In this document: in pieces, positions 25,237 through 43,111 of the stretch
Layout of the letters: each line of letters starts with the position of its first letter
Numbering within the stretch: position 1 is the first letter of the stretch
Origin: the human T2T-CHM13v2.0 reference genome, Homo sapiens
NCBI RefSeq assembly: GCF_009914755.1
Contig: NC_060928.1
DNA length: 64,000 bases
Reading direction: 5' to 3' (one strand)
The notes under the pieces: model-generated
What the model saw: only the letters and a program-made list of their open reading frames with translations
What the model was told of the DNA's origin: nothing
Database searches by the model: none
Position numbers and translations under genes: made by a program

Positions 25237-27129
25237 ATTAAACCACTTTCCTTTCTTATCCATCAGGTGCAACTTCATTAGAGCCAGAATGCCCCTCAAC
25301 ATTGCTTCACCAGTCTACCCTTCCACCAACAATATATAAAAGTTCCTGAATCTCCACATTCTTAGCATCTCCTGGCATTCTTTAGCTGTCTGTGACATGC
25401 TATCCTAACATAACATAGCCTAACACTTACATGACAATACGTACATAATCACAGTATGAGGAAATTAATGGAGAAGTTCAATTATGGGCCCTACCACAAT
25501 ACATAAAACAGAGATAGTATTCATAGAAGAAAACCTGACACAAAAGTAAGAGAAAAAATATCCCAGCATATCTGGGAAAATCTTGAGGATGGATGTGGAT
25601 CTCCCCATGATACAGAATTTGAAGTTTTAAGTCAATTTTTAAACAAGGAGGAGAATAATGTTACCAGATTATATCTGGTTGGCACAGTTTAAAAAAAGAC
25701 ATACGGTATCTGTTTCTTGATGAAAACAATGTGCAAGTTACAATTACTTTTTATGAAAAAAATGAAATTAGTACCTGCATATTGAAGAATGGAAATGAAA
25801 TGAAAAGGTTCAAGATAAATGAATGCAATTTTAAATTTTGATTGTAATAGTTCTTATTGTGTGTTATTGTTTAATCTCATACGGGCAGCTATTTTCATAA
25901 CACATATACCTGCATAATTTAATATATTTTAAGGCAATGTGTATATGTGAAAATTAAGGACAACTAAAAATGCTTATGACTGAAATTTCTATTTCAATTG
26001 GCCTATTCATGACAATGTCTTTCCATTGATTTTGGACTATTAAGGTTAATACCCAGTATTCTTATCATAAAAAGGAAAAATCAAGGAATATTATGAACAA
26101 TTTGGAAGTTATTTTATATCATTTTTTAAAATTTGTCATTATATTGATCCTTCTCTGATGCCTAAATTCTGGCAACTCCTTTGAGATATCATTGCTATTA
26201 TAAAGCCTACGCTACATCTGTTAATAAGTTCCCAGTAGAAAAATACAGAATCTCATTCAAAAGTATCTAGTCATGAATTCATGCTATTTCTGAAAGTTGA
26301 CTTTTTAGCAGAGGTATCAATATTAAAATTCTTTTCTTTAGACTAGCCTGTGTGTTATAAAGAAAAGAAAACACACTTCCTCTGACAATATAAACAATTC
26401 CTGGTAAATAACTTGAAGACATATACCATATAACTTCAGGCTGCATATTTAAAATACACTTTAACAAAGCACAATATAAATTCTTCTTAAGGCCTTCATT
26501 AATCAATAGAGGATGACACTGTATCCATCATGCAAGAAAACTGGGAATATAGGAAAAACAAAACAAAACTCCTTTTCTGCTTTTTAGTTCCTTAGTGTAT
26601 GAAGACTGAAACATAATCAATATTATGTATCAATGTTTGGGAGAAATGTGTTACTGTGTTGGTCTACATTTTAACTTTAATTGTTTTGTTATTTAGTATG
26701 ACAACAGGAAACAGAAAAGACAGATAATGATGGGGACAATAATAGAAATTGATATGAATTGGAACTTTGCTAAATAATATAGCCTGTATCTACATAAAAT
26801 ATATTTCTTTTCAAAATATTTATTTAGTAATTGTCCTTAAAAGTTATAAAGGTTTTAAGTTAAAAATATCTTATGCAAACTTGGGTCTCAGTTCTGCTTT
26901 GTCTCACTTAAAATTTATACCATTCAGAAAATTTCTTAAAATCTCTGGACATCATTTGCTTCATTAGTACACTGAGAAGTCAGGACTTATAAAGAGAATG
27001 CTTAGTAATATGTTAGGACGTAAAATTCTATAAATGAAAATAAAATTCTTCTTAGGACAACTTAATGTTTATTAGGACATTTATCATATAAATAATTGGA
27101 GCTTATTGTGTGCCAGCTTGTATTGGTGA

Positions 27130-27250
27130 GGCTTCATTCCTTTATTCGCTCCTTCAATTATTCTTGTATTTTTAATGCATTTATTCAGTGCCTGGAAGGT
27201 ATGATGCTCTATGCTAAGCTTTAGAAACACGGGAGTGAACAAAAAATTTA
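27130..27250 (-). mobile_element. L2 3'-end fragment
   Basis: ttcattcc...catttattcagtgcct...tgctaagctttagaaacacgggagtgaacaa resembles the L2 3' terminus. Confidence 0.5.
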
Positions 27251-27567
27251 CAGTTACGTAGAGTCTGCTGAAAAATTTGCTAACCTTTGGCTTGTGAACT
27301 CTTTAGGGTTTCATTATTAATACATTGCAAGGAATTATTTTGTTAAAGGTACAACTATCCCAGGCTAAAAATGTCTTTTGTTGGCAATACAGTAATTTAC
27401 AAATATTCTCTATTATGAAACTGTTTAAGAACCTCTGATCATGTATCGTGTAAGATGATGTAAATATAAGAACAGACCAGCTTGTTCATGATTTCATAAT
27501 TTGATATGTTTGGCTCTTATTAACAGGTATTTATTTCTGTATAAGAGAATCATTGATTTTCTGTTGT

Positions 27568-27860
27568 CTTTTTTTATTGTGGCAGCAAGAGATAACATGG
27601 GATCTACTCTGTTAACAAATTTTGAAGTATAGAGCACCTTATTGCTTATTACAAGCACGATGTTGTACATCGAATCTCCAGAACTAATTCATCTTGCATA
27701 ACTGAAATTTTATACATGTTTATTACCAACTCCTCATTTTCCTGTCTCCTCAGGGCCTACCATTCTGTTCTTTGTTTCTATAAATTTGGCTATTTTACAT
27801 ACATCATATAAATAAAATCGTGCAGTATTTGTCCTCCTGTGACTGGCTTATTTCATTTAA
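27568..27860 (-). mobile_element. L1MA9/L1MB-like 3'UTR fragment
   Basis: atctactctgttaacaaattttgaagtat...gaactaattcatcttgcataactgaaa...gactggcttatttcattt. Confidence 0.8.
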
Positions 27861-28106
27861 TGTATTCATTCATTTTTGCACTACTATGGAGAAATACCCT
27901 AAGCTGGGTAATTTATAAAGGAAAGAAGTTTAATTGACTCATAGTTCCGCATGGCTGGGGAGACCTCAGGAAACTTACAATCATAGCAGAAGGAGAAACA
28001 AACACATCCTTCTTCACATGGTTGCAGGAGTGAGAAGAATGGGAGCTGAGAGAAGGGAGAAGCCCTTATGAAACCATCAGATCTTGTAAAAACTCACTCA
28101 CTGTCA
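27861..28106 (-). mobile_element. THE1C-like LTR, truncated
   Basis: tgtatt...ctgggtaatttataaaggaaagaagtttaattgactca...aaaccatcagatcttgt; about 120 bp of the LTR 5' part missing. Confidence 0.85.
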
Positions 28107-28115
28107 TTCTCCACT

Positions 28116-28230
28116 GCAGGAGAATGGTGTGAACCCAGGAGGTGGAGCTTACAGTGAGCTGAGATTGTGCCACTGCACTCCAGCCTGGGCAACAGAGCAA
28201 GACTCCATCTCAAAAAAAAAAAAAAAAAAA
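28116..28230 (+). mobile_element. AluY 3' fragment (~95 bp plus A19), no TSD
   Basis: gcaggagaatggtgtgaacccaggaggtggagcttacagtg carries AluY-type positions. Confidence 0.9.
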
Positions 28231-28875
28231 TCCGGGACCTGATGTCTTCACTGCTGAATTCTACCAATCTTTTAAAAATTATCAATCCTTCCCAAACTCT
28301 TCCAAAAATGTGAAGACGAAGAAATTCTCCAAAATTACTTTTTGAGATTAGTATTATCCTGCTAGCAAAGCCAAATAAAGACAATATGGGAAAAGAAAAA
28401 TACAGGTTAATATCTCTGGTAATAACAGATGCAAAAATTTTCAATAAAGTAATAGAAAATATAATTCACTAGTACATTGAAAAGATCATACATCTAGATC
28501 AAATGGGATTTATCCCTGGGACGTAAAGATAGTTCAACTTAGAAAAATCAATTAAGGTGATATATCACATTAACAAAATGAAAAATGAAAACCACAGGAT
28601 TATCTCAGTAGATACAGAAAAAGCATTAGAGAAAATTTAACACCTTTTCATGATAAAATCTCTCAATAAACTAGAAACATAAGGAATGTACTTCAAAATA
28701 ATAAAGGCCATATATGACAAGCGTAGAGTTAGTAGCATACTCAATGATACTCAATGGTGAAAAATTGAAAAATTTTTCTGTAAGGTGAGGAACAAGCCTA
28801 AGTTGCTTACTTTTGACACTTCTATATAAAAGACATACAAGTCAGAAAGACTTGTTTGCAGATGAGATGATCATT
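28231..28875 (+). mobile_element. L1M ORF2 (RT region) fragment
   Basis: ggacctgatgtcttcactgctgaattctacc...gatgcaaaaattttcaataaa...ttgtttgcagatgagatgat. Confidence 0.85.
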
Positions 28876-29549
28876 GATTTATATGTAATTTTTTCTCAGC
28901 CACATTAGCTATTTATTATCTATTGTATATTATTTGTGTACAAAACTGATGTACAGATAAACCAGAAATGAATCATATATGACAGTAATGTTGAACTACA
29001 AGTTAACGTAAAAAAACTGTGTTATAACTATTAAATATATTGTCTTAACATTTGAAGGTACGTAACCTCCATTTGCCTAATCAATACATTTATGTAGTAA
29101 ATTAATGTTTCAAAAACTTTGAAAATCATTAAGTGAGAAAATATAGTAACTAACATATTCAATAAGACTTTTTATTTATTATAAATATTTCTACATTATA
29201 AAATTTTATGTCTTAAGAAAACCTTGCAAATAGAAGTCATACATTTGTTTTTCGACTGCAACATTTACAAATAAAATGGAAATTATATGAACAATCAAGT
29301 TGATAGATTTATAAAGTAGAAAATGAAGAAAAATCCAAAAGTTAGTTCATAAAGGAAGTTCGCTCAATTTCCAGTGCTGCAATATGTTGTACATTTCCAT
29401 GCAAACTTTAAAATATTTCTAGTTTCCAGGAGAATTATCATGCATTATATTACCTTAATGTATTCTTGAAACTTATGTAAATTATGAACAGTGAATATTT
29501 TTCCAAAGAAGAAGTTAAAAACTATGTCTATTAAAAACCAAATTCTTCC

Positions 29550-30610
29550 CATATGATATTCCAATTTTCTCATCATAAATTATGAAGTAATCAATCTTTT
29601 CTTTACACTGGCTTTAAGTATATGATTATGAGTATACGTTATCTCAGAATTTTGTGTATTTGTAGAATTTTGAGTTTGTTCTTTAAATCTATGCATTGTT
29701 ATCTTATACTTTAATATCTAGTGGGCATAATCTCCCCTGCCTGCCCATTATTACTCTGTGTTTTAGAAATTTCTCAGCAGATCATGTTGATTTACTCTTT
29801 CCTATGACCTTTCATCTGTTGCATCTTCTTCATGCCTAATGCTATTTTTATTTTTGAGATTTTTCATTATATTTATGGATTACATAGAGAGAAGTAGCAT
29901 TTTGTTATTTTGAATCTTGCTATACAGAACATGGTATTTGTTATATTTGTTTATGCCATATTTAGGTATTTTAGTAATATTTTAAATATTTCTTCGTATA
30001 TATCAAGCTTATCTCATGTTATGTTTCTATCTAGAAATTTTTTCAGCATTGAATTTTGTAAATGGGCTTTTAAAAATATATTTTCTTTCTGTTTATGGAT
30101 TTTTATATGAGAAGTCTAAAAATTTCTGTAGGCTAATTTAGAACTTCTGAGTGTTATTACGAATAAAATTGTTCCCTTATTTTTCTTTTTAGAAAAGATT
30201 GCTTGACTATAATTTTGCAGATCTATTTCTGGGTTCTCTATTCTGTTCCACTAATCTATGTGTCTCTTGTTCTACCAATGCCACATCATGTTAATTACGA
30301 TAGCCTTAATTACTAAGCTTGAGATCAGGTAGTGTGAGTCCTTTAGTATTTTTCTTCTTCTTCAATACTGTGTTGGGTAATCTAGGTACTGTTTTACTTT
30401 CCACATATACATTAGAATTAGTTTACTGATATTCTCATACAGCTTTCTAGGATTTTGATTTGGATTATATTGAATCTATTGATAAATTTGTGTGGAACAA
30501 ATATCTCAACAATATTGAGGTTCTCAGGCAATGTATATGGAATATTTCTTCCTTTACTTAGATCTTCTCTGGTTTTTTGCATCATTGTTTTATAGTTTCC
30601 TGCATACAGT
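29550..30610 (-). mobile_element. Degraded L1M (L1MC/ME-like) ORF2 fragments
   Basis: Clear at 30195-30610 (tctatttctgggttctctattctgttccactaatctatgtg); weaker upstream. Confidence 0.6.
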
Positions 30611-31328
30611 TTCTTTATTCATATATTTTCATATCATTTCTACATATACAGGCAAATTTTATATCATTACTACTCTTGTTTGTAACTGTATTTATTTTGG
30701 TATTTTTCCTACAGGGATAGATTTAATAGTCACCATTGGGCTTTTTGGTAAAACCACATGAGTAATTTTCTGCTTGATTCAACATCAGTATTTAGTACTT
30801 TTTGAAAGAAGGGCTTATGGGAACTAGTTGTTACAAGTTATAATGAAGTTTCTGCTACCATTTTTCTTGAACAATAGTTTGTTTACTATAAAATTTCTTG
30901 GAAAAACATCTCATTGTGTCACTATTTCTTGTCATTTGATATTATAATGGAGAAGTGGGATATGAACTCACATTTTCTGTTATAGATGACTATAATAATT
31001 TGCCTCTCTCCATCAATAATTACTCATTTATATTAGATTTTCATTACCTTTAACAAAATATAACTCCATGTTGATTATTCTATGCCAAAATCTTCTTTAT
31101 CTCTTTGGAGAAGATATGTCCATTTAATCTGCATGCGTAAATATAAATTTTTACTTTCTGGATTTTTTGTCTCTTAAATATTATATTTTTTCATCTATTG
31201 TTTTAATTTTGTTCCCTCAGGAGCACCAACCAAGTAAAAGAAGTTGGATCTCCTTTCCTGTCTTCCACTTCAACTATTTCACTAAGAATTTATCTAACAC
31301 TTTATTACTTTTCATTTCCTTTCTCTAA

Positions 31329-31795
<467 letters not shown>

Positions 31796-31869
31796 TGATC
31801 TTTTATTGTCTTATAGGAAAAGTCAAGTGATACAAAGTAGCCACTCATTCTCATTGCCAGTACTTTCTT

Positions 31870-32110
31870 TGCCCCTGTAACTACTTTCTTCCCATAGTAC
31901 CCACCATCACTGGACATGTCATATATTCACTCAACTTATTTATTGCTTATCTCATTTCATTAAAATATTAGCTCCATAGGAGACAGATACAATCTCTTTT
32001 GTTTGTTATCATGTTCCTTTAGCCTAGAATGGTGTCAGAAATAGAATGGATGCTCAACAATTAGTTTGCACTGAATAGATAAACAAATACAATGGATAGT
32101 GAGTGAATGA
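31870..32110 (+). mobile_element. L2a 3' end
   Basis: agctccataggagacag...gcctagaatggtgtcagaaatag...gctcaacaatta...tgaatga. Confidence 0.65.
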
Positions 32111-32434
32111 TAAATTTACAGTAGAAAATTTAGGAAACTATTATTTCAAAGACTGTGGGGGAAAGACGATTCTTTCAAATACTCTGCATAAATAAAGAGC
32201 ATGCAAGCTTCACACATCGAAGTTCTTTGTATTAAGTTCCAGATAAATTCTATGATTATGCTAAAATACTATCCTAACTCTTTCAACCATACAGCTAACA
32301 AAAAATTCAAATTTCAATCTGTTGTCAAATTTTAATATCACTTAAATTCATTATCTTTCTAGACTTCCTGTCTAAACATTTGGGAATTGATTGAAAAAAC
32401 AGTGGGGCGGGGGGGGGGAATATGAAGGTTTAGA

Positions 32435-32545
32435 TTTATTTGTTCATTCAGTGAGCCTTAATTGAGTGTTTATTATGTGCTACACCCTATTCTAGATGCT
32501 GAAGAAAACATAGCTCCTACTTTCATGAAATATAGCTTATAACAG
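32435..32545 (-). mobile_element. L2 3' fragment
   Basis: ttcattca...attgagtgtttattatgtgct...tattctagatgctgaaga. Confidence 0.5.
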
Positions 32546-32549
32546 TCTC

Positions 32550-36540
<3,991 letters not shown>

Positions 36541-36639
36541 GTGGTTTTTTTTTAAATTCCTGAAGCAAGGTAAATAACTATAATTCACTTTTGCTAATCA
36601 AATTATCCTTCTAATAATGATAGTGAGGGTGATGACGAT

Positions 36640-36745
36640 AGGTCGGTAACATTCATCTACCTCTTTAAAATATGCCAGACACTGTCCCAAGTGCATTTCA
36701 ATGACTAATTTAATCCTACATTTTAAAAGTATATACTATTATTAA
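36640..36745 (-). mobile_element. MIR fragment
   Basis: taacattcat...tatgccagacactgtcccaagtgc...atttaatcct. Confidence 0.5.
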
Positions 36746-38315
36746 GAAATATATTGTTAGTATAAGTAAATGTTAAAGATGGTTTTTATAACCTCCCCAA
36801 ATGTGACTTTTTCTGCTATGCGACAGAACAAGCCTTTTTATCTAAGTGAAATAGAGGTAAATTTAAGTACTAGAAAGGAATAAAGATAGAGTTAGGGGAA
36901 GCTGAAAGCTAACTGTTCATTCTTGTCCATTTTGTCCAAAGGCAACCATATTGAAATCTTCAAAGATGCTATCCTCGCTCTCACTCTTTTAACTTTATTT
37001 TCTGTTAGCTTTTCAGTTCTATAATTTTTATACTGGTCAGAACTTTTCTGAGTGATGGCTGGGAATAGAATGCCGGCTTCCTATCAACAAACACTTACCA
37101 ACTTCCAGCAGATGTTGCAAAAAGATTCACTGATTTGTGCTACAATCAGCAGGGCAATTGTTTCATTTTGACTCTCTATGAAATCCAATGTATCCATTTT
37201 AGTTTGACTGACAGACATGGATTTCTCTTCTGGTGAAATTTTTTTGTACCATTCGAAATGCAAGCCTGATGGACAATGCTTTCACAAAAGATGATAAATC
37301 ATTTTTTTTTTATCTTTCTCTCTCTAAAAATTGAAAGCAGCAATGGCTCGTGAATATTTACGTAAAATTCAAGGGATATGCATTCTTACCTAAATTTGGA
37401 TTCACAGGAAAAATATATAGTCTATGCATATAAATCCGTTTTAGTCATTTTAGTTTACAAAGCCTTCTCCATATAACTGTCATACTTAGTAATATCCAGT
37501 GAAAAAAAATGTAGTGATTTCTTTGAAAATGTCAAATCTGCTAAATATCAGAAAGGCTTTCTGTATATAAATATGAAACTGCCTATATAAAGCAATACAA
37601 GGACCCTCAACATTTGAAATTTGTTAACAATTTATTCTGGTTTTATTTTCTCTTTTTGAATATTATACAAACAACTTTTTTTGACCCATGCTTTGTCAGT
37701 ACTTAGTAACGTATGCTTCCTGAAAGTAAATATATCATAAAGTAAAATACATTTTGATGATACTAGAAAAATTATAGAAATTAGCTGCGAGCATGCACAT
37801 TTATATAAGTCGTATTTTGAAAGTAGTCATTAGGCTATACAAACACTTCTTCCAAAATCATTTTTATGAATATAGTCAGTTTTGGCACACTTCCTTTTAG
37901 ACATCCCTGGAAGAGTTTTTACAGTATTCTGTGTTGACTATCTTCATCATTGTCAGAACTTAGGAAGATTTATTTTTTAATAGAGTAATCTAGATGAATA
38001 ACACCCATGTTATCAAATGAAGAAGTCATAAAAACTATTAAGATTGATAATCTTATGTGTGCCATGAACTGATTCCAAATGAGCTTCAAAATGAAGGTGA
38101 CATATTGAAAAAAAAAAAGGTTGTCTTACTCTTTCAAGAAACATAATTTGAAGAGGCCAGTTACTTAAATATATACATTTTGGTATGCTAACAAATTAAT
38201 CTCATTAATATACACTCAAGTTTTTGGAAGATGATGAGCTATATGAGAATGATCAGTAGTGGAATACTTACTTCCAAACTCCAGAAATTTCTCATTGAAA
38301 ACATTTATTTATATA

Positions 38316-38607
38316 TTTTTTTGAATTTTATTTCAGTAGTTTTTGGTGAACAGGTGGTTTCTGGTCACATGAATACGTTCTTTTGTAGTGATTTCTGAGA
38401 TTTTGTTGCACCTATCACCCAAGCACTGTATATTGTAACCAATGTGTAGTCTTTTATCCATCATCCCCCTCCCACACCTCTCCTGCCCACCCTCCAAGTC
38501 CCCAAAGTCCCTTATATAATTCATACGCTTTTGCATCCTCATAGCTTAGCTCCCACTTACAAGTGAGAACATACGATATTTGGTTTCCCATTCCTGAGTT
38601 ACTTCAC
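38316..38607 (-). mobile_element. L1PB-like 3'UTR fragment
   Basis: gaacaggtggtttctggtcacatgaat...catcctcatagcttagctcccacttacaagtgagaacatacgat. Confidence 0.88.
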
Positions 38608-38628
38608 ATGATACAAAAAACTGACAGG

Positions 38629-39890
38629 TGTTTTAGTTAGAATATCAAGAGAAAAGGATTGTTATTTCATTCACTTGTCAGAGCAATACAACCAATAGGG
38701 TTTTAACAGAAAACAAATAATATAGTAAACATAAGTAATTAAAATAGTTCATAATTTTTTTCAGGAATCAGAGAAACCAACAAGGGATGGTAAAGCATCT
38801 CAGTGCTAGCAAGTAAGATGTTATTCCGGAAAGGAAAATGTGTGGAAGTATTAGTTTGCTAGCAATGCCATAACAAATTACCACAGACTCAGTGGCTAGA
38901 ACAACAGAATTATTTTCTCATGATTCTGGAGGCTGGAAGTCCACAATCAAGGTGTCAGCAGGGTTGGTTTCATTTGAAGGTTCTCTCCTTGGCTTATAGA
39001 TACTGTCTTCTCCAAGTGTCTTCACATGGTATTGTCCTCTGTGTGTGTCTCTGTCTTAATCTCCTCTTCTTATAAGGACACCAGTCATGTTAGATTAGAA
39101 CCCACCTCAATAACCTCATTTAACCTGAATTACTTCTTTAAAGATGCTATCTCCAAACACTGTCACCTTCTGAGGTACTGGGAGTTAGGACTTCAACACA
39201 GGAGGGGGAAGAGATGTACACAGTTCAGTCCATCACAGGGAGTAATCACTGGAAGCTACAGACAGCTAAAACTATAGGAGAAAATTGCCTCCTGGGAGCC
39301 TTGTGTAGAGGATACAGCCACTGCCAATGTGTTTTACTCTCTCTTTCTTTTATTTTCTAGCTGAAGTGAAACAGAAGTTATAAGGGTTTCTAATCAACAC
39401 AGTTCATGAATGTCATACTCCCAGGGAACAGAACAAGGTGGAAAGGGGTAAGGAGTAGCTATGGAGAGACAGCCCATTTACTACAGTCCACCTCTTTACC
39501 CTTTGTCATTTGCATGAAAAACTCTTTCTTTCCATCACAGAAAAAATCACGAGTTTCCATCAGCCATGGTATTATTAAGAGTGATTTTAATGCAGTTATA
39601 TTCTCACTTGAAAATAGACATACACTCCAAATAATGTATATGAGCAAATAGGGATTATAAAAAGAAATTTTAATTCACTTAAAACACAGCTACATAGCAC
39701 TTCTTTAAGTGCTAGCATAGCACTTCTTAAATTGTCCTGAGATTTAAGCTGCTAATCATAGCTTCCTTCTTACAGCATTCTTGTCATTTTCCTTCCACTA
39801 CATCTGCCAGCATGTTGGTTAGATGGAGTTCTTCTGGTGCAGTCATGGAAATCATCCTTTCTTCAACTTTAAAATCTTTGATGGCCTGCG
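38629..39890 (-). mobile_element. Ancient ERVL 3' end: internal tail, PPT and LTR (LTR41/LTR33-like), interrupted by MLT1B
   Basis: Minus strand reads purine-rich gggtaaagaggtggac followed by TG at 39485; LTR motifs aagggatggtaaagca, cagccactgcca, ccagggaacagaacaaggtgg; ERVL-like tail at 39760-39890. Confidence 0.5.
38847..39237 (-). mobile_element. MLT1B-like MaLR solo LTR
   Basis: gtattagtttgctag...ctggaggctggaagtcc...cttataaggacaccagtcat...ttcagtccatcaca. Confidence 0.88.
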
Positions 39891-39894
39891 ATTA

Positions 39895-40983
39895 TTGAGT
39901 TTTTAATGGGAATAATTTTAGCTTCACAGAAAAGATTTACAGGTAGTACAGAGAGATCCAATATACACCTCACCTATTTTCCTCTAATGTTATCATCTTA
40001 CATACTATGGCACATGTGTCAAAACTGAAAATTAATGAATAGTATTAACTAAACTTGAGGGTTTATTTGGATCTCACTAGTTTTTTTTTTACTAATGTCT
40101 CTTTTCTGTTCCAGAATCCAATCAGAAATGGTACATGGTGTTTGCATGTGATTTCTATGTGTTCTAAATTTCTACTCTTCAATGACAAATGTTAAGCATT
40201 TCCTTGGTTTTTTTTTTAATGATTTTGACAGTTTTTAGAAGCTGTGGAAATACTCTCATTTTGGGTATATATATGTGTATTTTTTCCCATTGCTGCACTG
40301 GGTTATAGATTTTGAGGAAGACGGTCATAAGAGTGAAGTGCCCTTCTTACTATATTGTGTCAAGGACTAGAATACGTCAAAATGCTTTATCACTGATTAT
40401 GTCGACCTTGATAATTTGCAGTGTTTGTGTGGTTTCCCATTGTGAGTTACTATTTTTCTCATTTCCATATTCTATTTTTTGAAGCAAGTCACTAATTCCA
40501 GCTCATTCTTACGGAGGGGCAGATAAACTCCAACTCTTGGAAGGGGGAGAAACACATCAATATATCATTTGAAAAGATTTTGTAAATGAGTTTCGCTCAT
40601 CTTCATGTATTTATATATTAAATCATTTATTTGTGTGAATATAAAGTGATCGATTTTTTTTTACTTTGGATTACAATTCTAACACTACATTCTCTACCAT
40701 GTTGTTCAAATTATTTCAAATTTTGATCTCTGTGTGCTCTTTCAGATTGACCCCTCTGTCCCTTTGATGTATTCGTTTTATTTTGTGAACACGTCCATAT
40801 TTTATAGCACTACATGATGCTCTAGGCTCAGCTTGCATTTTTTTCTGTCCTGGATCAAGAATCTGGTATTTTTTGAAGATACTTAGTGGATAAAGATAGA
40901 TAGAAACCAAAAGCTTGGCTCTGTGTGTGCTTACGACCACTGTAGTCTCACTGCTTCTAGGGCTCTTAGTATGCAGAGCTACC

Positions 40984-41027
<44 letters not shown>

Positions 41028-41955
41028 ACCTATATTTGTGTAGATAATATATGACTTCCGTATACATTTATCTCTCTCTCCTTGTGTGCATGTGTACGTG
41101 TGGGGAGGGAGTGAACACGAGTTCATACTGATGTCTCCAACTCTAATCCAGTACTGCAAGTTTCATTTTTGTCTTTCATACGGCTGCTTGTGACTTCTTT
41201 CTCTGAGACTGAGAAACATGAATCTCCTTTTCTACCATCTGTTTATCTTTTTTTTTCCATCCAACCAACTCTACAGGTAAATTAGTTTCACAATTGTGAA
41301 TCCACTTGATTGTGAGAAACAAAATGTCAAACAGCTGTGGAATGTTTAGGTATATTTTTATTTTTATTTTGTTTTAAATCCTTAGCCTTGAAATTTCCAG
41401 TCAAAACATTGTTTTCTAAAGGTACTTTGGTCAGCTTGCTTTTTTTTTTCATAATTTCAGTGAGATTTGTCATATTTTTGTAATAATACTAGATTCACTT
41501 GTTATAGTCTCTATTTCATCAAAAAAAATCCCCCAACTTTCCGTATTTTTTAAATTTACATGCATTAAATTTCACCTGTTATCTTTTACAGTTCTGTGGG
41601 TTTTAGCAAAATCAGACTAGTGTGTCTACATAGTAGTGCCACACAGAAGAGTTTTATCACTCTAAAAAGTCCCTGTTCCCCTCCTCTTATTCAATAAATC
41701 TATGTTCTCTTAAGCCACAAAAATAATAAAATAATATTCTTTTCTATTTCTTTAGTTTTAAATTTCTAGAATTCCATATGAGTTGTATCATAAAATATGT
41801 GACTTTTAATTCTTCCTTCTTTCACCTAGTAAAGGGCATTTAAGATCCATTCATGTGGTGGGTGCATATGCATGACTCAACAGCTCATTTCTTTGATCAC
41901 TGAATAGTGTTTCATGGAATGGGGTGTGTATTTATCCCTCTGTTGAAGGTCATAG
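39895..41955 (-). mobile_element. L1MC3/L1MC4-like long 3'UTR
   Basis: tcacagaaaag...gtagtacagagag, cttttctgttccagaatccaatc, agtgaagtgcccttct, ctctttcagattgacccct motifs. Confidence 0.75.
40987..41025. repeat. (CA)n microsatellite, ~19 units
   Basis: Perfect run. Confidence 0.97.
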
Positions 41956-42950
41956 TTTCTCAAAGATGGGCAACTGAAGGAGCAGAAACTTGTTCCACAC
42001 TTTTGAGAAAGACATACTCCTGACATGACTTACCAGGGTGGAGAGTTCGTGTCCCACAAAGATAGCATTCAGTAGAGAATTCTAAAGTATTGTAACTTAG
42101 TGGTAAAAATAAATATATTGTAACATAATGGCTAATCTAAACCACCTTTACAAAGCTAAACATGTTCATCAATATAAACATACACAGAAATAACACAGAT
42201 AATGAATTACTACTAAAGGAATTTAAGACAGTTATGGCAAATATGTTCAATATGTTCAAATATTCAACATGTTCTTCAGAATGCAAGAGAATTATATTGT
42301 AAATAGAGAACCAAATGAGATGAGATCCTTTAGAGATAAAATTGACTATATCTGAAATGAAAATATGATTGACAGCAATTAGGGACTAAAGCCTAATAAA
42401 TTAGGGAACTCATAGAACATGCAATAGAAACAGTTAAAACTTCAACATAGAGAAAACAAACAGTTTTTTTAAAAGTAGTAACTCAGTTACTTGTAGGATG
42501 ATATCAAGCAATACACCGTACCTATAATTGACATCCCAAAAAATTGGCACAGAAGAGGGACAGAAAACAATATTTTAGTATAATGACCAAACTCTTTCTA
42601 AATGTGATTAAAAGTAGGAACTAAGAGTTGAATTTTTTTAAATAAAAAAGGAAGCAAAACACAAAACAAAACAAGAAGAAATAAAATTATCCAAGTAAGA
42701 TAAACATAAAAGAAATGCAATTCTATGGTGGCACAACATACTCATATTGCTTAGAAGAGTGATAAAGAGATAACCTTAAAAGCATCCAGAGATACCGAAA
42801 TGTTTGCAAAGGAATAAGTATTACTGAAAACTGTTGACTAAGCAAATATTAAAGATGTTTTTCTGACAACAAATAATTGAAAATTTAAAGCAAAAAATAA
42901 TAGTTTGCTAAGGCCAGGCTTATTGAGCACATTGAGCCTGGCCTTAGCTC

Positions 42951-42955
42951 TGTGT

Positions 42956-43001
<46 letters not shown>
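42951..43001. repeat. (TG)n microsatellite, ~25 units, one interruption
   Basis: Direct observation. Confidence 0.97.
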
Positions 43002-43005
<4 letters not shown>

Positions 43006-43111
43006 CATATGATCACAATAATGCAAACACTGGGAGAAGGAAATGCAAGCATACCTTAATACAATTCCTCTCCTATAGATGACATAATGTAGTATCACTT
43101 TGAATATAGAA

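Noticed and set aside
42907-42948. Hairpin as a PIF/Harbinger MITE or pre-miRNA
   Set aside because: Flanking taa/tta are inverted rather than a direct TSD, and the 42-nt hairpin is too short for a canonical pre-miRNA
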